Both the position numbers and the translations under genes were made by a program. A stretch of DNA of 56,339 nucleotides, counting the filler, from Dugesia japonica (Eukaryota), in NCBI GenBank assembly GCA_001938525.1. It is 6 parts of 6 records of this genome, joined end to end, with 100 filler letters (N's around TTAATTAATTAA, not from the genome) between each part and the next. Parts side by side here need not be neighbours in the genome. Positions count along the whole stretch, not along the records: positions 47,904 to 56,339 come from MQRL01474576.1; 5 more parts are not named here. The stretch is one strand, 5' to 3'. Positions 50,832 through 56,339 of the stretch are shown piece by piece. The first letter of the stretch is position 1; each line of letters starts with the position of its first letter. Under the pieces are notes generated by a model. That model had not been told where the DNA came from, did not search any database, and saw only the letters and a program-made list of their open reading frames with translations.

Positions 50832-53800
50832 TGTGAGGCATACATACCTTTGGTAAATAACAATCTTCTTTTAGCATAAATCTTTATTAAAAAAATTACG
50901 TTTCTAAATAAATTTTACAAAAATAAATTTACACTACAATAACGTAATATTTACAAATAATTAATAATAGTAATTACACTTTAAAATTTATAAAAGAACC
51001 AATATTACTTTGTCAAAATTCCAAAATAAATACCTTCAGATAAAACTTTAGATTTATTTTTCAAATTTCACACAAAAACAACTGATTATAATATTTAAAC
51101 AAAATCTAACAATTCTTATTTATAATTAATCCTTACATTCCTCTCCTTTAAGAAATTTTTTTATTTTTTCTGCTTTTCTCTCTATTCTCCTGCCTTGACT
51201 GTCTTGTAGAATATATCTTTTCTCATGCGGTTTGTCTACCACTTGATATGGTCCAACATATTTTCGTTGTTTTTATTCCACTTTTCACTAACACACACTC
51301 TCCTGTCTGAAAATATATTCTCGTCAAATTGTCTCGAGAATTTATTCCATTAGAATTTACTCTTGAACCTATAAGAACTTCGTGACTAATACATCTCCCA
51401 AACATAAGTTCCACAGGGCTCATCAGAGTAGTTTTCTGTTTATTAGCATTCATCGCAAACTCCACCTCTGGAAGAATTTCAGCCCAGTCCGATGTGCCTC
51501 TCTAGAGCTGCGTTGTGTTTATCCATTCCCTCACCGTTCTGAATTGACGTTCTATCTGACCGTTTGTATTGTGATGATACGGACTCGACGTCAGCAATTT
51601 CATTTCTAAATCCACAGCCTATTCTTTCATAACTTTAGACTCAAATATCCGTCCGCAATTTGCCCTCAACATCCTTGGACAACCCCATTTAAGAATCAAT
51701 TAGTTCTTTATTGTTTTCTGTACTGTCGATTCATCTTGTCGTGGAAAAGATACTAATAATATACATTTAGTGTACTGATCCAAACTCCCCAAAATGTATT
51801 TTTTTCTTGACGAAGTTCTTCTCCACGGTACACAAATATCTACCCACAGAGTTTCTGCTGCTAGGTTCAACTCTTACCACTTCTTCTTTTGTTCTACCTG
51901 TACATGTCTTTGTCCTTTGACAATGTTCACATCCCTGGATTACCTCCTTAATTTTATCTCCCCATATAATCTTTGGCTATTGTCTTCTAATGTATTCTGA
52001 TGATTTTTCGACTCCCGCATGACATAACATTTTATGCATTATCATCACTTTAAAAGTGATCGCCTTATGATCTGTTCGCAATCGAAATCGCTTCCCATAC
52101 ATATAATGCTAAAACAAATTACAGAAATAGTACACTGGTAATAATTCTCGTTATGCAATAACCTTTTTCATGGTTAGTCATTACATGAGATCCATACACA
52201 ATAACCCTTTTTCTATTGTTATTATCCGTCTGAGATAATACTGCTCTTATTGTCTCAAAACTATCATCCGTGTTCAATGTAAATGTTTTGTCTAAATCTG
52301 GAAATGCCAGTGCTGAAGTTAATACCATTTTAAATCTTCAAAAATTCCGTCTAATTCGTCATTCCATAATAATTTTGTATTACTAGGACCACTACATAAC
52401 TGCTCCAACTTTCTCGCTTTCATCGCATAACCGTTAATAAATTTTCTGTAATAATTACAAATCCCAAGAAAACTGCGCATCGTTTTTACACGATTCGGCC
52501 TTCGAAATTCTTTGAAAGCTTTTAAATTTGTCGGATCAGTTCTTATCCCCTCTGCACTCACTATGTGACCCAAAAATTTAATTTCTCGTTTTAAAAATTC
52601 ACATTATTCCGGATTAATTCTCAGTCCAGCCTTGATTATCCGTCTCAATACCTCCTCCACGTAATGACTTTCCTGGTCTTTAGAGACAATTAGAATAAGT
52701 CGAGATATACCATCGCCCCATCGATATTATCAATTACTTTTCTCATCATCTTCTGAAATGTTCCCGGAGCAGCTGCTATCCCAAATGTCATTTGCGTGAA
52801 ACAAAACTGCCCATGTTTTGTCAAAAAAGTTGTTTTTTCTTGCGAGTATTTTTCTAATTCTATTTGTTAGTATGCATTAGCTAAGTCGGTCGAGCTGAAA
52901 TACACATTTCCATGTATTGCATCTAACATCGCATCTACATTAGACATCGGAAATGCTTGCCTTTCTGTGATTTTGTTAAGCCTTCTAAAATCTAGGCAAA
53001 GTCGTAAATCTTTCTTCTTCTTCTTCCATATGAAAATTATTGGCGCTTTCTACAGTGAATTACATTTTCGAACGATACCGTTTTCCACCAAGTTTTGAAT
53101 TGTCTCTTCCATGTGATTCTCTAAATGCAACGGAATTCTATACGGTTTTACCTTTATTGGCTCACTTTTTGTTACAATTCTATGCTTCACAATGCGAGTG
53201 CATCCCACATTCCATTTTGATGCCATAAAAGCATTTATCCGCCGTCTACAAATTACCTGTAAACAATTGTCATCCCACATTTCAATCGCATTTTTACTCG
53301 CTCCCATCTGTCACTTTCTGTAGCTTCTTTACCGAATCATGCTTCAATGTTTTTTACTAATTCTCTATTACCTATCTCTTTAGATAACTCCTTTTCTCTA
53401 CATAACTGAAATCTAACAATACGTTTTAAATTTATTCCTGCCATAATATCTGAAAACACATTTTCTGTTACTATAAATTCCACCTCCGATTAGTTCTCAC
53501 CTAATTGCACCTCCAATCGTACTTTCCCTTTGATAACCAGACTACTACCATTAACACAATGCAATTTCATCTCACTAGGTATTACTCTTGCTTCTGGCTA
53601 TTTCTCAAAAGATTTTTGACTGATTACATTATTGCACGCTCCCGTATCCAAAAGGCTTTCTAACTCTTCTCCATCGATAGTTATCATCACACTCGGTCTA
53701 TCCTGTAATCTATCAAATCTAATCTATACTTCTTGTCCTCCTTACAACACACCGAAACATTTTACATCACATTCCAATTGAAACTTATCCTTCTTCAAAA

Positions 53801-55215
53801 ACATACTGTTTCACAAACCTTTTCTCTATTTTCCCACGTCTTCACTCCTTGAGGATACTCTTACCTGTATTTACTAATAATCGGCATCTACTAACTCTTC
53901 TCTTAACGGAGCCCTCACATTTGGGTGCGATGACTTGACCAATTTTATTCTAACCTGTCCTCATGTTGCTCCCCGTTATCAATCGCTTCAACTGTATTAA
54001 AATATCCAAACCAATTTTTTTGTTCTCGTCTTTCTTTAGTTCTAAACTCAGTTCTAATTTTTTACCCCAACTTCTCGAGAACTTTTCACTTTATGACCTG
54101 TTCTACTACAACGGAAACATTTCATCTTTGAACATTTATTTCTCGTATGCCTCAAATCACCTCAATCAAAACATCTTCCTTGTTGATTTTATATAGAAAT
54201 CCTAATCAAATATCCCTTCTGATGACACGACCAACATTCTCTAGATTCTCCTCCAGGACTGTGCCCTCATATGTCACTTGATATGATATCCCCAACATGC
54301 AACTGTTCTTTCTGGTCTTTGAAGTTCCTCCTATCTCCTTATTTGTGGACTTATTAGTTTGTACCAATCCTTATTCAATCTTGTTGACTGAAATCTTATC
54401 GCATCAATATGGTATTTTCTTCCTTCTTATTTATCTAAAAAACCCAAGGTTTTCTTAATTTCCGTTACCGTGGATTATTTTCTGAGTACCACTTCTCTTT
54501 GCAAAGTATTACTCTCAGATGCACTTAATAGAAATTTGGCTAACAACGCTTCTTTTGTCAAATCTTTGTGTGCAAAAATATTTTCTACTAGAGTCTCTGC
54601 TTTCTTAATGAATGTATCTAACTCTAGATTTCATCACCTGAATGTCAATAAACTCTTCAAGTCTTCTAAAATATATTTTTCCTTGTGAAAAGCCAGCTGC
54701 AGACGTGCTTGAAAACCTATTGCTTTATTGCAGTGTTTAAATATTTTTCTATCAAATCAGTGTCTAATAAACACGTTACTAGCTTTTCCTGATCTCTTTG
54801 AGCATTAATACAACTCGCACTATTTTATAAATATTTTAAATTACCCGTCTCTACTAAAGTTTCTCGGAAGCAACCTCTCTGCCATGGTGTTCGTATTAAC
54901 CGTATGAGGCATACATACATCTGGTAAATAACAATCTTCTTTTAGCATAAATCTTTATTAAAAAAATTACAATATTTCTAAATAAATTTTGCAATAATAA
55001 ATTTACAACAAATCAATAAATTTACACTACAATAACTTAATATTTACAAATAATTAATAATAGTAATTACACTTTAAAATTTACCTAATCAAAATTCCAA
55101 AATAAATAAAACTTTTTAGAATCAGATTTATTTTTCAAATTTAACCCACTCCTAAACAGCTGATTGTAATATTTAAACAAAATCTAAAAATTCTTATTTA
55201 TAATTAATCCTCACA
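50832..55215 (-). mobile_element. Full-length decayed Gypsy LTR retrotransposon: 5' LTR 54903-55215, 3' LTR 50832-51137
   Basis: About 310-bp direct repeats with TG...CA ends, TTATT on both flanks, and a polypurine tract aaaggagaggaa before the 3' LTR. Domain order gag, protease (LLDTGA), RT (CLDFRRLN, TFGIAAAPGTFQ), RNase H, H2C2, integrase (SPVELMFG). Many stops. Confidence 0.95.
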
Positions 55216-56187
55216 TTATTATTATTAATATTATAATTATAAATTATTAATAACTATTATTAATAATTATCATTTAAGTATAATTATATTTTATTTATTT
55301 AATATATGACTGATATACAATATTTACTTAAATGGAAAAACGCCTTCATATAGTGCATTTAACATATAATTAATTATTTAAATGGAGTATTAATTTCTCA
55401 ATAGCATATAGAAAATCTATAACACAAACAAAATACTTAAGCAATTTCAGTAAAATAAATTGTTTAAGAGAAAAAATAAATTATAATTATCTTGTGCGTG
55501 TATTAGCTTAAAAAAATATTTTATTAAAAAATAATTTTCATTTTTTCTAAAAATTCAGAAATACTCAAATTATATCAACATCAAAATCAAATTCTAGTAA
55601 ATAGGTGAAATGAAATTACTGAAAAAATTTAGAATACGGTGTTCATCAAAAAAAATAATTGGCCCAATAAAATTGACTTCATATATATATATATGCGATT
55701 AAAGAAACATAAAATTCATTAATAATTGTCAAACTTTATTCTTAATGAAATAAATTAAAAAGCAAGTATTTTATATTAGTTGTTATCTAGAAACATTAAA
55801 TAATTAATGATTTNGAATAGTATTAATGTTAAAATTAGAAGATCCCAGTCAAAACTAAAATCGAAACATTAATTAAAAGGTCTACCTTTTGACTTGTTTA
55901 ACTCCTTCATGTAATAATTTGCTCTTTGATGGTCTTTTCTCACATTTATTGATTTTCTCAATGTTCACTGGTCTTCATCGATCAGTGCTCTTAACTCTGT
56001 ATACTGGTCCTCATATATCAAATCTCTGCTCACTGTTAACTGGCATTTAATGTTTATAACTTTCTATAAGAATAAATGATAAACAGATTAAACAATTAAC
56101 TGAATAATCAATAGGCAAAGGATGATAGCAAGTATTGTACATGGTAATACTTGATGATAGCGAGTATTATATTTGTTACCATACATT

Positions 56188-56325
56188 TTAACCCATTTTC
56201 TACCCTAATTTATTCTATTTATCATAATTTTAACCTATTTAACCCTATTTTCCTCCATTTTAACTTAATTTTACCCTAATTTTAACTCTTTTTTACCCTG
56301 TGTTTTACTTTATTTTCCCTACTAA
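56188..56325. repeat. Degenerate 10-11-bp tandem repeats (ttttaaccct(a/c))
   Basis: Recurrent ttaaccc/taccctaatttt units. Confidence 0.6.
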
Positions 56326-56339
56326 TATTCCGTAAAATT

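Noticed and set aside
56188-56325. Telomeric (CCCTAA)n array
   Set aside because: Units are 10-11 bp and degenerate, with no tandem hexamers; more like transposon subterminal repeats.

Overview
Very AT-rich eukaryotic (animal, probably a spiralian invertebrate; inference) draft-genome DNA. The window is not one locus. Five identical 100-bp linkers (44 N + TTAATTAATTAA + 44 N) join six unrelated contigs: 1-9349, 9450-18002, 18103-29014, 29115-37422, 37523-47803 and 47904-56339. Most of the sequence is decayed transposable elements: mariner/Tc1 copies, a plant-type DD39D-like element, piggyBac, MULE, a Helitron helicase, Penelope-like elements with minimal hammerhead ribozymes, Maverick/Polinton modules (pPolB, packaging ATPase, integrase, penton, core protein, major capsid), a NeSL/R5-clade RLE retrotransposon with tandem Ulp1-like protease domains, and several Gypsy elements (two with both LTRs). 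Host genes recognised by eye: a multi-exon, divergent AMPK beta subunit gene; the last exon of purine nucleoside phosphorylase; a BRPF-family ePHD pseudo-exon split by a mariner; and two exons of an unidentified gene. All family calls come from motif recognition, not database searches. I found no clearly new biological system. The best leads are the doubled (active + apparently dead) Ulp1 domain in the NeSL-like element, the very compact Penelope hammerheads, and the AMPK beta lacking its glycogen-binding tryptophan.
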